A stretch of DNA of 59,727 nucleotides, counting the filler, from Basidiobolus ranarum (Eukaryota): the NCBI GenBank assembly GCA_040143965.1. It is 6 parts of 6 records of this genome, joined end to end, with 100 filler letters (N's around TTAATTAATTAA, not from the genome) between each part and the next. Parts side by side here need not be neighbours in the genome. Positions count along the whole stretch, not along the records: positions 19,963 to 29,839 come from JASJQH010000770.1; positions 29,940 to 39,813 come from JASJQH010000771.1; 4 more parts are not named here. One strand, written 5' to 3'. The notes under the pieces were generated by a model. It made no database searches. It saw only the letters and a list, made by a program, of their open reading frames with translations, and had not been told where the DNA came from. The position numbers were made by a program, and so were the translations under genes. Below, piece by piece: positions 23,264 to 36,794 of the stretch. Each line of letters starts with the position of its first letter. Position 1 is the first letter of the stretch.

Positions 23264-26200
23264 TCAAAAAATCCAAGCCAATGCTGAGCGTCCATAGAGA
23301 GGTGATATATCGGGAAAACCTACAGGATAATCACAATGATTAGAGGGCAGAAGTATGTTTTGCAATTTTCCAACTCTCCCCAAAAAATCGCTTAATGGAG
23401 TCGGTCTGGTAAAACCATGGAAATGAAATCTCACCAATTCACTGGGTGAGGATACCTGTTGAGTCCCATTTTCCATTTTGGGATTTTATTTAGATTTTAT
23501 TCGATGCCAAACCTTTGCCCATCCAAGATTTCCGGTTCAAAACAAGAAAAACCCTGCTGACTAAGATTGGTAACATGATAAATCATTGCGTTGCGTTGTT
23601 TTGTCCAAAGTTCCTGGGTGCATGCAAACTTCATTTGAACCATGATCCAGATAGCAAAATATTCTATGGAGATCGACAATCTCGGGGCCGGATGAATAGC
23701 CTATTATATTACTGAATTCTAGGTGCTCTAAGGATTCCTTACGCCAAAAATGGATTGGAACATCGGCTCAAGATTGCAACTTGCCAAGCGACCAATTTCC
23801 CTTCAAATCAACCAGAAATATCTCTTAGAGCAACAGGAAATTGGATGGGCCCAGAAGTCTATTTCCACCAAAGTTGTAAATATAATTGAGGATGTCCTTG
23901 GAGGTTGCCAATCTAATCGATAATTTTGGTTAAAAACAAATCAATCCTGGATCAATCTGATTTCTGACGTTGGTACCATTCAACGGAGTGGTGCTTTACT
24001 AAATTGTTACTTGATGAGAGGTGGTCTGGAACTTTTTCCGAGATATCACGGTATGATTGGTCACTTTCATTCGGCAGTGATGGCGATTTACACCACGACC
24101 CATGACTTCTTGGAATCACTATTTTATGTGTCGATTTTAGAGTCAGAATATCAAGCTAAATTAAGGTCAAATCTCATCAGTATTCGGATCTGGTCATCTG
24201 ATCTGAACGGGAGAGTTCTTGTTTTATCTTAATTAGTTCCCTTGGCCAATCAACTGGCCAGGAACAAGGCTTGCACTCATTCTGATATACTATGAGTGTG
24301 GTGTGAGCTCTCTTCAATCTTTCTATATCCATGGCATAGCCAGAGAAACCGACTGTTACCTAATACAGGAGGAGAGGCAAAACAAATTAACGGTACAGGC
24401 AGATTTGTTTAGGTCGTAATGTCCCTATTAATTGCACCATTGAGTCTAATATATCCAAGTATATCCCAACCCAAAGAGAGAGCTCTCGAGTCTACAATCT
24501 CCCCAGTCACATCCAAGTAGGTTTAAACAAAGATCACTCCCGCTTTGGATAGGTTAACCTGAACCGAATTTTATTAGCAATCTGTATGGTGGTGTAAGCT
24601 AAGCAATATATATATGTTGGAGAGATGATTTAGCTAAATAAGACTCTACTGCGATGTAGATCAATCGGAGTAATTAGCACCTGGATAAATCAAGAAATTG
24701 GTGCTGGAATGCAGCATATAGATCTATATGCTAATTCTTGGTGGCTGCCTTTTTTATCATGTGAATCTCTGGGTAGAGGCACCCGATTAAGAAAGGCTGT
24801 GCTGTGGTGCACTAGGGCCATCACGAGTACTTGGTTTATAGATGCATTCGCATCTTCACTGTTTCATTCTATGGGGTTAATAAGATGGAAAGGATTGGGG
24901 TGGATGGAGATTTCGTACCAGTTAATTTACATTTCAATTGTCATTCAGGGATATAGAACCAATGTCGGATTTCGGGGAAGGTGACTAGAAAGTATTGATC
25001 CGAACCCAATGGGATGCTGTAATTTAAACTAAGATTAACTCCTTGCAAAATTTTGCTCCCGTATCCAAAGCGTATATTCAACCCCATTCCAAATGATCAT
25101 TTCAGGATCCAAGTTTTTCCTTCTTCCAGGAACTCCAAGAATCTCCGGTAGAACCAATAAGCGGGCGTGGTACCCATCTTGAACATTTACCTGTGCATTC
25201 CTAATAAATCCAGTGAACTCCCCAGGTAGGTAGACTGGTATATAGTAAATTCCGGTGGATGGATGACATGCTACGGCGGTTAGATTAGGAATATCAGGTA
25301 TCTGGTTTAAATATGGGTTAATTAGATTGCACCAAGCTACACCAGGAAAGGTTCCAAGAATTTGGTCTCTGAAATCAATTAACCCGTCCCTCTTCGACCC
25401 TGTTACTTTGATTGAGATGAAAATAGCCAACCATTCACCGGACCAATATACTTTGTCACTCATCAGTAACCAACAAAGTCACCCCTCCCAAAATGTCTAC
25501 TCCATATCAGTTAAATTATTCCATTTGGTTACTCTCGGAGTATCGCTGATTGGCCTTCATTCGTTCTTTACCCACCCTACAATGAAGGTAGTCTGTCCAT
25601 TTAAGAAGCTCAGGTGACTGCGTATGGGCCCATTCGCTGGGCGTCAACAAGTATTTCACTTAATCAGAAGACGTTCTACTCTTTTCCACATGCTTGTCTT
25701 GTATTTACCTTCTCAAGAGGAGTTACATGTGTCGTGTGAAAAGAAAGTATTTGATGAAAATATCTTCAATGGAAATCTGCTTTAAATGGTAGCCCAAACC
25801 AAGCGCTAACGGTTGAAATGTGTGACAAATGAGGGAGTCCATTGTTTTGGATAGGTTGCATCCATTGATAAGATTCCGCCCAAATATACAGGAAGTGGCG
25901 TTCTACTTTCAAAAAGAAAATGGTTCACTAAAGGAAGTTAGTGGAATAAATTCGTCAAAGATTATGTAGGCTAACGCTTTGAGTAACTGATTGGAAAATA
26001 GCCCAACAATATTACCTATTAAAAGTTGAATCGAATGTGGTGGAATTGTAGTGAGATTGGTCACAATTCCACCACTGGAACAAGGATGTTACTGATGAGC
26101 CGTTTCACCTTGAACCATGAGCCTCTTTTCCTTTATGGTGACTGAGGTTTTTGGCAGGATCTTTGCATAGTGCTTGTATTACAAAGCATAGTTGCTGCGT

Positions 26201-26496
26201 TCCAAAGGTGATATGCCAAATAAGGTAGAGCCATAAGTACAAGCTCATTGGCTTATCATGCAACGTTGAAATCTTATCCTATCACCCATACCATATTTAT
26301 GGTAAGTTATCTCCTCATCCACAGATCGTTGAACTGTAATGGTATATCCTTTTGATACCAGCGTTGTTAGATTAGACAAGTGTGCGCTATATTCAGTGAG
26401 GGACACACTATCGAAATAGACTGGGAGGCTGATTGTAGATGGTGTTTGCTTTTCTTTGAGTGAAAGAGTTAGGCTGAGAAATAGGCTCATGTTCAC
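23264..26496 (-). pseudogene. Possible long decayed gene of unknown family
   Basis: Several protein-like minus-strand fragments (26245-26496, 25035-25463, 23497-23679, 23264-23476) separated by stops and frameshifts; no family recognised. Confidence 0.3.
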
Positions 26497-28479
26497 GAAA
26501 CTTTATTGTCAAGTGATTGTATCGGTACAAACCATATTTTTAAATATTCGTCGATCGATTCAATCATAAAACCGTCAAAGTGGTGAGGGATGTTAAGTTC
26601 AGAGGACTCAGAGAGTAGGGAGTACTAAGGCACAGTTATCATAGCTGAGGAAAGTGTTGGGATTAGAACATATAGATATTTGCTTTAATGGGAGTATTGC
26701 TATGTATAGTGCGTTGTATATAAAGTTCTATCTATTTGGGGCTTATTCTAGAATACCTTGAGACATGCCATATATATCCTACGCATCAGGGGTTGGAAAT
26801 AACTTTCCACCCACCCCTTGATAATCCTAAGCATGTTGCCCTGTTCGAGACACCTCTAGAGTGCATCTGTAAACATGCCTTTCTTTGAAACAGCTGCTAA
26901 CTCACCATCAAAATCAACCATCGAGCAGTTGAGTTCACTTGATATATTGAAATCAAAAATTGACAAGAAACTAGTCCAGTAATCATCAGTATTCCAAGGA
27001 CAATTCGTCATACGTATTATAGTAACATTTTACTTTTGAAGTTTCATGACGCTTAATGCGAGACGCATACAATATGCATTGATTTTCAGTAGACGATATT
27101 GGAGTAACTAGCGTACGTATGTTAGTTTGGATAATTTGAATTATACTACACACACAGTGCTTCTCTGATACTCAATCGCCACTACTAATTGTTCGTTGTT
27201 ACTGATGGTTGGGTAAAAGAAATTGATGTGGCTGTTGCATATGATATATATGGTTTTGATCAGATTAGAAGAGGTGTATATATATGTCCACTGGGGGATC
27301 ATTCGTAATCCTAACCATGAAGTCCGGACTCAGCTTCCAATGACATCTGTCATCAGAATTGATTTCGTGTATGTACTATCTCAATATGATTTCGAGCGGA
27401 TCCCGTGACCTGTTCCGATTTTCTCAGCCAGTTCCAAAATCAAAGTTCCTATATGTAAGGGTTATGGTCAGATGCAATCGCCTGTAGAATGCAGCCTTAG
27501 ATCCTTTAGATAGGGAAGTAGGCTCTCTAGTCAAGATTGGTTCTTTCTAAGTATGACGGCCCGTGAACGGACATGTAACATTGTGTCAGCGCAGTAATCA
27601 AGCTACATTTAGTATTTGAATCAACCAGCATCAATAGTGAAACTGCTCCAGTCAACGCAAGCAAATTTTTAGCTATAGACAATTTTTGTTACCATTACTC
27701 TATTAGCGAATTATCAGAATGTAGAAACAAGTTGCAACATGAATAATTGAAAACCATAAATGTAGAACTTTTTAAGCCACATAAGATAAAACTGGTTCCC
27801 ACCAAATAGTTCGCGAATATCACATGTATTAGCTCGCATAACAGGTTATCCTGCTTCCAAAATATACGAGATTACGCCAATATGTTTAATCTCTTATTTT
27901 GCTATCAGAGTATTCCAGGTAATAGTATCCGGTTTGGCAAACACTGCAACTGAAATGCCGTGATTTCTATGATATGGTGATTTTTCTCATCATTCATTTG
28001 TCCTTTATTTCCTGTTGCATCTTAAGCCATGAAGTTGTGCAAGTGCTTAGAACGGGCCTGAGAATTCCGTCTTAACTAGTACATATCCAAGATATGAAGA
28101 TGGAATTTCATTTACCTAAAAGTAGTATATGGTTATCATGTCAACCATCTAATATAGCAGCCAAATTTCATTTCATCAAGCACCATGTTTGGAAGATAGC
28201 CATTGCCTGAGCCTTAGAGCATCCTTTGTATATACATAAGATTATCAGTCATCATGAATCACGTCTGAAAGTTTAACCAAGGACTCTTCACCTTAATCTC
28301 TTAATGGTTACTAATATTGCATTATTTAACTCTTATGCATAAGATATCAAAGGTAAACTAAATAGAACTAATTACATATGTCTTGAAAGTAAGGAGTATT
28401 ATGCCCACTTGACGAGTGACATCTACAATATTGGTGCACATTAAAATATCAATGCAAAAATTCGGGTTACATGTAATAT

Positions 28480-28806
28480 TACTAAAGTATATTGGGGGCC
28501 TGTTGGAAGATGTGGAAAACTAGACTAATTGGTGCTTTTCACTCATTGATTGATTGAGTAGAAAATTGACATATAATGTTTGGTCAAGATATACGCAATT
28601 AAATATGTAGCATCTGTTAAGGAAGCACCCAAGAACATGTGCAAAGTTTGGGGATTCTAGCACAAGCTTGAAGAACTTCTAGGTTGGCAAGAATTTTCAA
28701 AGTGAGTTCCAATTGAGAATAGTGAGTGATATCTGAGTGAAATATAGAGTAATTAAATACTAAGCTATAGTACTATATTGGTGCTTACGCTATGCTTATT
28801 TCAACA
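28480..28806 (-). mobile_element. Solo LTR, family copy 4 (orientation B, more diverged)
   Basis: TACTAAAGTATATTGGGGGCCTGTTGGAAG...GCTTATTTCAACA, colinear with copy 2; left terminus mutated and flanks AATAT/CACAT match only 3/5. Confidence 0.75.
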
Positions 28807-29200
28807 CACATTCTCAACTAAATAGTCTTATAAATGAATAATAAAGAAGGTCTATGTTTTTCAAATATCTGCCTAGCTAATGGTTTGGTTGATATATCAA
28901 CAATCATGCTTTCTGCAGAGCAATCAGTTTAGTCTGTAAACTTCACTACTGTAGCCTCTCTAATAAGATGATGTCTAATATCTACATGTAGCTTACAGTA
29001 TCAAACATGGGATTTCTAGCTAAATTGATACAGCTATAATTAACTTCCAATATAACAGAGGGTGAGTTTAATGAATAGCCACATATGTTTGATATTTTCT
29101 TAACCACATTGCTACTTTTTTGCTTCACAACCAGCAATGGACTTGTTTTGGATGCCACAAGAGTGAAAGTAGATTATTTATGTGAAATCCAAGAAATTGC

Positions 29201-29755
29201 TGTTAAGGCATTTTGGAGCCTGTTGGAAGTGGTTTGGAGAATTAGAGAAATTGGTGTTTTTCACTTATTGATTTTGCTGAAATTAGCATTGCCTAAACAC
29301 CTATATAGTCATATATAGCTTAGTACTTAGTTGTCTTGTAATTCACTAAGATATTATCCATTATTCTCAATCAGAATTTACTTAGGATAAGATCTCAGAT
29401 CTATAGATTTTTCAAACTTGTGCTAGAAGCCCCAAACTTTGCAGACATATTCCTGGGACCTTGCTCAATACATTCTACATGCTAGTTTGCTTACATCTGG
29501 ACAAAGCTATAAATGGCAATTTTCCAATCAATAAATCTGTTAAAGTATTTGGGAGCCTGTTGGCAGTGGTTTGGAGAATTAGTGGGGTCAGTGGTTTTCA
29601 CTAATTTATTTATTGATTGGAAACTTGCCATTTGTAGCTTTGTCCAGATGTAAGCAAACTAGCATGTAGAATGTATTGAGCAAGGTCCCAGGAATATGTC
29701 TGCAAAGTTTGGGGCTTTTAGCACAAGTTTGAAAAATCTATATATCTGAGACCTT
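29201..29755. mobile_element. Composite rearranged LTR locus: B(29201-29274) + A(29275-29537) + B(29538-29755)
   Basis: Three LTR segments, each starting at a precise TG terminus; contains 148-bp inverted arms 29389-29536 and 29608-29755. Confidence 0.85.
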
Positions 29756-29839
29756 CCAAACCTAAGTTTTACTCCAGGTTAAAAAAGAACAAAGTGCCTT
29801 TAACACAATTTGTCTTAGTGTTAAAGACCAATTGCTAAT

Positions 29840-29939
29840 NNNNNNNNNNNNNNNNNNNNNNNNNNNNNNNNNNNNNNNNNNNNTTAATTAATTAANNNNN
29901 NNNNNNNNNNNNNNNNNNNNNNNNNNNNNNNNNNNNNNN
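29840..29939. other. Artificial contig linker
   Basis: N44-TTAATTAATTAA-N44. Confidence 0.98.
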
Positions 29940-31599
29940 TGGCATCAATACACCCGGTAATTAAAATAAATCTACTTTACAACAAAGGTCGGGCCACAGA
30001 CTACAGCAGCGTACTACACATCAGCACTGAAGCTCCTCACCTAGTAAACCCCGTCACAGGCCGACCAACAAACCCCTAGAGTTGTCCCAAAATAGGAGCA
30101 AGCTGGTTGACTATTTACTGGTATCAAGGTAAAGGCACCAGAGATGAGTACTAGGGTTCGCTGGCTTTTACACTAATTAGTTGAGAGAATGTCTCGTGTT
30201 GAAGCTATATTAAGACCATTTTTTGGAAACTGGAGTTGGATTGAATCAATCTAGTGAAAGGGCCGTATATGGTCTGACATCACATATTTTATTACCGGCT
30301 TCAACACCCACAGATAGGAATCGGTTCTTTTTTTAACTTTCAATTCTCACGGGTTTTCTGGCACACTGGGACGAGTGAGTAATCTTGATAACATCCAAGG
30401 TTTTTAACTTCGAGATTGATATATCTGAGGATTGGCCGTCTGGATAGATAAGGATGACCTGCACACCTAGTACGGCGGGTTCCCTATCTACAAAGAAACC
30501 TAATATAGTATCAATCTAATCACTTCTTGGCCATGATTAGCTAAAGCTTTTGTAAGCTTAAATATTATTTGACAGAAGTACACAACAAATGTTGTTATCA
30601 TCCAAAGACTAGTTCTATCTAGCTCCTTATAAGTGCTGACTTTGGCCGTGTATAGGAGAAAAAACTCAATGAGTTAAACTAGGATATGTTATCTAGTCCT
30701 ATTCCCCGTTGACCTAAGCCACTCTCGCTGCTAGATTTATTAATCTCTAGGGAGATGAAGGTTAATTACACACCCTCGTATCAAACGGCATACCTAATGA
30801 CGCTTGAAAAAACATTAAAACTCCATAGATCACTTACACTTGTCACACTGCCCTATCCACTTGAGTCTTAGGATTGATGATGTATAGCAGTAGTGAAGCA
30901 TTACAATCTCTTCCTATAATCAAACATTAAAACGGAAGAGCTCAGAGGTGGATAGATGTATATTGAAAAGTCACTACATAAACTCGGATACGACTGGTAA
31001 TAAAGTCACAATAATAACAATTTCCTTTCTCCCACAGGCTTTTCTTTTACACGATGCAATAGAGCAGGAGAAGTCTACTAGTGTGTTGGTTGAATTTGAA
31101 TAGTATTGTCTATAGCGTTTCACTCTAGAAAAGTTCCATGTAGTTAGGTTTCCTTTGGAGAGCAGTGAACATTACTCTAGGATTCTGGTCAAAATCATGG
31201 CATTGGTTGGCTAATAGAAATAAATATCCTTAGTTAAACTCAGCTGGCTTTATTGGGAAGACTGTGAAAATGAATGTAATAATGGACATGGTATAACGAA
31301 TTTATATTAAGCCATGGATTGATTTGTCACCGGTGTAGAACAGAATATGGTAAACTGTGAAGGTGTTCTAATTTTGTTGAGAGTAATTTGAGGGGGAAAG
31401 TATTTTGAGATAGTCTCAGAAACTTATTAGACAAACAAACAGTATCGATGTTAATACTGTTGCAATGGGTACCGTTTATGTACTCTCATTAATGAGCTGT
31501 CTCCTTCCAGAAGAATCAATCGGATCAATAGATTAAAGCGGAGATTATAGGTGAATGGATTAGCTTGTATTGGTGAGCTCACTTAGATATACTCAAAAA

Positions 31600-32990
31600 T
31601 TAGTCTCGGAGGCTGCGACGTAAAGCAAAGTTTTGAGATAGATCCGGGCCTCGAGGCTGTCTGACTGGACACACCGAAGGTAAGCCATCCACTCGTCTAA
31701 GGTTTGATCTGAATGAGGATCGGGAGCCGTGTGCAGAAATGCCTACTGACCCATGGTTTGCCTTCAACGAGGTTTTACCCAGTCCAGAAATACTCTCTGA
31801 CGAACCATTACCGCTACGAGTTTTCTTAAGAGTTTTCCCAGTACTGAGTATGGACACTGAATTGGGAGCACCCTTACGAGAGATCCTCATATGCCAGTTC
31901 TCATCCTCACCGTCACATTTATATGACATGTCAAGTTTTTGAACAATCAATTGAAGAAGTGCTCTTTGATAAAGATTGAGTGAATTCAGATAAACTAAGT
32001 CATGATGACCGTCCTCATCACGAAATGCAACCAACTCTTCATAGAAGGAACGAGCATCGGGAATGCTCATGTCAATATCATCCGAATGCTTGTCTGAAGT
32101 GAATTTATGCTCTTCTATTCTCATCTTGTCATTTTCCTCACTCTTATCCATGAACTTCTTTTCCATATCTTCATCTTTCTCGGATGATGAAGTCGTTGCA
32201 GATTTTTCTATTCTCTCTAGCACTACCGCATTATTTTTGTCAACAGGTTGCGTTTCCTTACAATGGATTGTCCCTAATTCGTTATGAGATTCTTTGAATA
32301 ATCCTGCCCCTATGAGTTTGTACTCGACCCTTAACTTTCGACCTGCTATGTCGAAACCATTCAGAAGAGATATCACAAAAGAAGCTTCTTCAGGAGTTTT
32401 GAAATTCGCAAAAGCAAGGCCTCTAAATACACCATTATCACGATGATAATTAATTGCACTTGGTTTTGGTATATCCAGTTCGAGCTATGTTTTTAGAGCT
32501 GTGTTAATGAACTATTGAAAATCCAGGAGATGAAAAGCTTCTCAAGGAATTACCAGTATTTCGAGAAAAGTTTCTCTCCTCATAGAGATAGGTATATTCT
32601 TGATAACCACCGCAGTGGGCACAATATTGTTGACGAGAGGATCAATTTCTCTGTGACTCTGTTCATAACGTTGACATGTTAAAGAAATACATTTGAGTAT
32701 AAGAACTTAACCAAATTTATGCTTTATGAGAATTTCAATCCAATCACCTTTAACTTGACACCCTTTTCCCCTCTGCCCTTATTTCTTGCGCGTTCTGTCC
32801 CCCTACTCTCTCCTCTTTCAGTAGTCTCCTGCGCAGTCTTGTTAATTAGCACTAGAGGGTTAATGCCTTCATTGCTACCATTGGACCGAAGGCAGTCTGG
32901 ACCACGAATCGACAAGGGTTTCTCAAGGTCAATGTACTCACTGGAAGAAAGATTTATTTCTCTTTCCACAGAATGTCCGTTCATCATCAT
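31600..32990 (-). CDS. PIN4: RRM + R3H-like RNA-binding protein, Pin4/Cip2 family; three exons (approx. 32990-32748, 32658-32554, 32484-31600)
   Basis: IVPTAVVIKNIP...PSAINYHRDNGVFRGLAFANF...LNGFDIAGRKLRVEYK RRM, a degenerate R3H region and a C-terminal PVRQPRGPDLSQNF motif; exon 1 limits are tentative. Confidence 0.82.
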
Positions 32991-34510
32991 TTGCAACTGT
33001 AAGGGGGAGGTAAGAGCAACTGGTAATATAAATAATTCGCAATCGGAAAAGTGGTGGGAGGACTTAAATAAGGAAAGTGGATGAATAATTAACAAACAAT
33101 TTTAAGACTTTGGATAGAGTACCCAAGAAAATAAGCGAAAAGCAAGTCTCCGTCTTCAACGGTTGACACAGGGAAAGAAGAATACCCAGTACCATATGCT
33201 CTGGTATGACTATTAAATACTCGATCTGAATGTTGTACAATGCGTCTTTCCTAATCACGTCTAATGTTTCTAAAAAAAGGAATTTAATCCATGATGATCA
33301 CAATTCCTGAAAACAAATCGATAAATATGGAAGTAGGTGATAAGGCTCCGTACATAACACAAGAGCTACGAATCGAGGAACCAAAATATGAGATCATCTA
33401 GAGGCATTGCAACAAACCCAATAGATCATCCTCAACCTAATACCTAACAGTGTATGAGAGGGGATGGGACTTTACAGAAAGTTGGATAAAAATTGAGCCA
33501 CTTTTACCCTGAAAAGGCACCCAATTCTGAAACAACCATCCTAATGGTTCTGTCTTTTCCACAGCGGACTTTAATCATGTGAGACCGATTTATTACCTCG
33601 CATAAACTTCCCTTAGTGGAGTGTGATATCCAACAAATCAAACAGTTTTCAACTTCAATTATACCACAGATGCACCTAGAAACTGCATTTGGTTGATCTT
33701 AAAATGTTGGCTATTTAAGTAATAAGGAGAGAGCGTCTTAACTGTCACTAGTTCAATGCTTCCCTCGTATCGCATGAACAACCGCGCATGTAGCAGCGAA
33801 TAGTGCAGAGAAGTGTTCTCTGGTAGGCACAAAGCAAAGGGTAAGGTAGAGTTGTAACGATAGACGATCAACCACAAACCTAGGATCCCACTCAGTAACC
33901 ATACGAATTCACCTAGCTATGGATTGGACAGGCAGAGATCCAACTTGTTCCGATCATTCAAATTAGTTGGGAGCTGGGACATAGGAGATACTCACAGCAC
34001 ATTAGTTTCAAATACACTCTCTTCTGATGAATATACTATACCGGTAATATTGATTAGAGCCCTAACATCAAGTATACTGCTGCTGAAAACACGGAATTAC
34101 TTTGTTCGGAAAGGTACGTCGTGCCGCTAATTGACACCTCAAATTGATTACTCACATCCATGTGCTTTTATGTGACAATCTAACAGATCTTATTGGCATC
34201 AAATGACACGTGGAAAACATGGAGACAGGTATATTTTAATGTCCGCAAGATTAACTGTATCGCCAAGGGAAATGACACACCCGCCTATTTTCAGTCCAAA
34301 TATATCTCAGCAATTGAAATAATCCGAGATTTGCCTCCAACATACTTTTTATTCAACAAATAAACACGTGGAGATAAGGTTACCGTGTGCCACTCTAAAA
34401 GTATATATATCACTGTATGGGTTGTTACCTATGCCAAATGATCATGGTAGGTTTTATTAATGAGAGCATATCCTGCTGTTAATACAATATTCTTCGAAAT
34501 AAATCAATGA

Positions 34511-35922
34511 TTAGAGCTCATCGTCATCACTCATGAGTTCAGCCAACTCTCTTTCTTCTTCCTCTGTGAGGCCACTAGAGTTATTGTTTACTTTTGGTGG
34601 CTCAAGGTTGAGCTTTTCTGCTGGCTCTGCGAGTGATTTAGTCGTAATACTCCATTTACGAATGGTTCCATCTAAGGAACCTGAGTACAAAAATGTGCCC
34701 ATCACTGCCAAACCAGTTACCTCATCGAAATGACCTTCCATGGTTTTCAAGCATTTTCCAGACTAGAATTACAATAGGGGATAATTAGATCAACTATAGA
34801 TATGGCTTGGTTACCAATAAAATTGAGACTTACCCCGATATCATAAACACGAACGTTCTCATCTCTACATCCAGTGATTAAATATGGCTCAACTACCGTT
34901 ACACACTTAACAAAGTCGGGGTGTTCTAAGACGGTATCCTGCTTCCCTGTCTCAAGGCTCCATCTACGAGCTGTTTTATCTCCAGAGACTATCAAGAGTA
35001 AGGGAATAATTCAATGTAAGCAAGGGTGGATTGAGAAGGGACAATGAATGCTTATAGTTACCCGACCAAATGTCATCTTCGGTAATCGATAGTCCGTAAA
35101 CCGATGTCAAGTGACCATTAAATTCTTGAACCTCGACTCCACTTTCCACATCCCACTTCTTAATTTTGATATCAGAACTTACACTTATAAGATACTCACC
35201 ATCTAAGGTTAAGCCCATATCTTCAATTCCACGGTTATGCCCTTTCATGAGTTTTGTACAAGAATAGTCCACAAGTGACCATTTGCGAATAGTAGCATCG
35301 GAAGATCCAGTAAATAAATATCCCTTGGGATGAAAAACAATGGATTTTACATAATCCGAGTGGCCATGTAAAGTACGAATACATTCTTTAGACTAGAAAA
35401 GAGAGAAAGGTTCATGTATGTTTCTTGGGTATGGTTAATTGATATATTTTTAGCAGCCTACTTCCAAATCCCAGAGTTTAATAGTCTTATCCCATGAACC
35501 GGTAGCAAGTCTAAGCACACTTTCATGATCATATACCAAAGCGACACTAGTGACGGGTCCAGTATGTCCAGCATAGATTTTAACAGTTTTACCAGTCTAT
35601 ATGTTCGATAAACGGTGGTTAATCAAAGATTACTAGATAAATGGACATCCATGGAAAAAAAAGTCGGTTGCCTTTAATCAATATGAATAGAAAACTGTCG
35701 ATTATCTACCTTAATGTTGACTTTACGGGCGACATGAGAAGCTTGCCCAATGATGAGATGATCGTCATCAAATTTTGCCAGACATAAAATTTTGGACTTT
35801 ACATCTATTGGTGAACCAATAGTGTTTTTCATTTTTAGCTCTTTATACTCCCTAATAGCTAAGTCCCGATCAGTCTGGAACAGGTTATCAGGATTACTTG
35901 ATACATTAGCAGAGAAATTCAT
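34511..35922 (-). CDS. WD40-repeat protein, five exons, function unassigned
   Basis: Repeated GH...WD/W units (GHTGPVT...SWDKTIKLWD, GHSDYVK, GHNRGIE...IKKWD, GHLTSV, GHFDEVT...SLDGTIRKW) joined by GT-AG introns; acidic tail LTEEEERELAELMSDD. Confidence 0.88.
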
Positions 35923-36794
35923 GATTATTCTTCTATATCGTCACAAAGGAATTTTTGAGATTGAAAATGCTCAGACACAAGCACGACAAAGGAAACTTAA
36001 ATTGCTCAGCAGCTTGTTTTGTTTCCCAGTATAAATCTATTCGGCAAAAAGAAAACAGAATAGCAACTTTTTGAATAAATCTAGCGATCTTAGCATAATA
36101 ATATTGTGATCAATCCATTCCTATCAGTGTTTGATTCTATTAAATAGATGATATATAAGTTATAATCACATATTCAGCAAGATATACTCGACATCCTCAG
36201 TTATTGGTTTAATCACTCTACTAAGCATATAAATATATGCTCATGAGCACTGGGTTTGGATGAGGTGATTCGAGCTACAATACATATAAACCAAACCACA
36301 AACCACTATTACGCTACTTGAACTTTATGATATGGTATACAGATAGCCTCATTGTGTCACTTTACTAACAAATTTCAACTTTTGAATGTCTACCGTCACA
36401 TCTTCAAGAGGTTTACTAAAAGAACCATCACTCGGTTGTTAGGAAGTGTAGTTATTGGCTAACTAAAGCTATAACTATGGGTTATCCAGAAGTGTTTCAA
36501 GAAATCACAACTACGAGCTATAAATATGGTATGATAAGTGATCCATAAAGTAGCGGGAATATGACTGTTCATTTAACTTTTTCGGGCCGAAGTCATCGCA
36601 CCTTCAGATCTGAGTATACTATTGTTTTTGTACCTAAAGCTCACACAGGTCAGTTGTAAAGTTAGATGCTTACAATTTATATTTGCATGTATGTATGCTT
36701 AATTTGATGTAGATAATGTGAAGTATGGACTATGCCAAAGTCAGAGGGTATATCTTCAAGTTTTCAAAACTGGATAAGACTTCCAGCTTGTGAG

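Noticed and set aside
29085-29318. Short ORFs sharing LLEVV-like text (also 2372-2677, and 1775-2026 on the opposite LTR strand) as a small protein family
   Set aside because: They are chance read-throughs of LTR and transposon sequence.
29196-29835. ATTGC direct repeats flanking 29201-29830 as a target duplication for the whole composite
   Set aside because: 29756-29830 is not recognisable LTR sequence and the contig ends a few bases later, so chance cannot be excluded.
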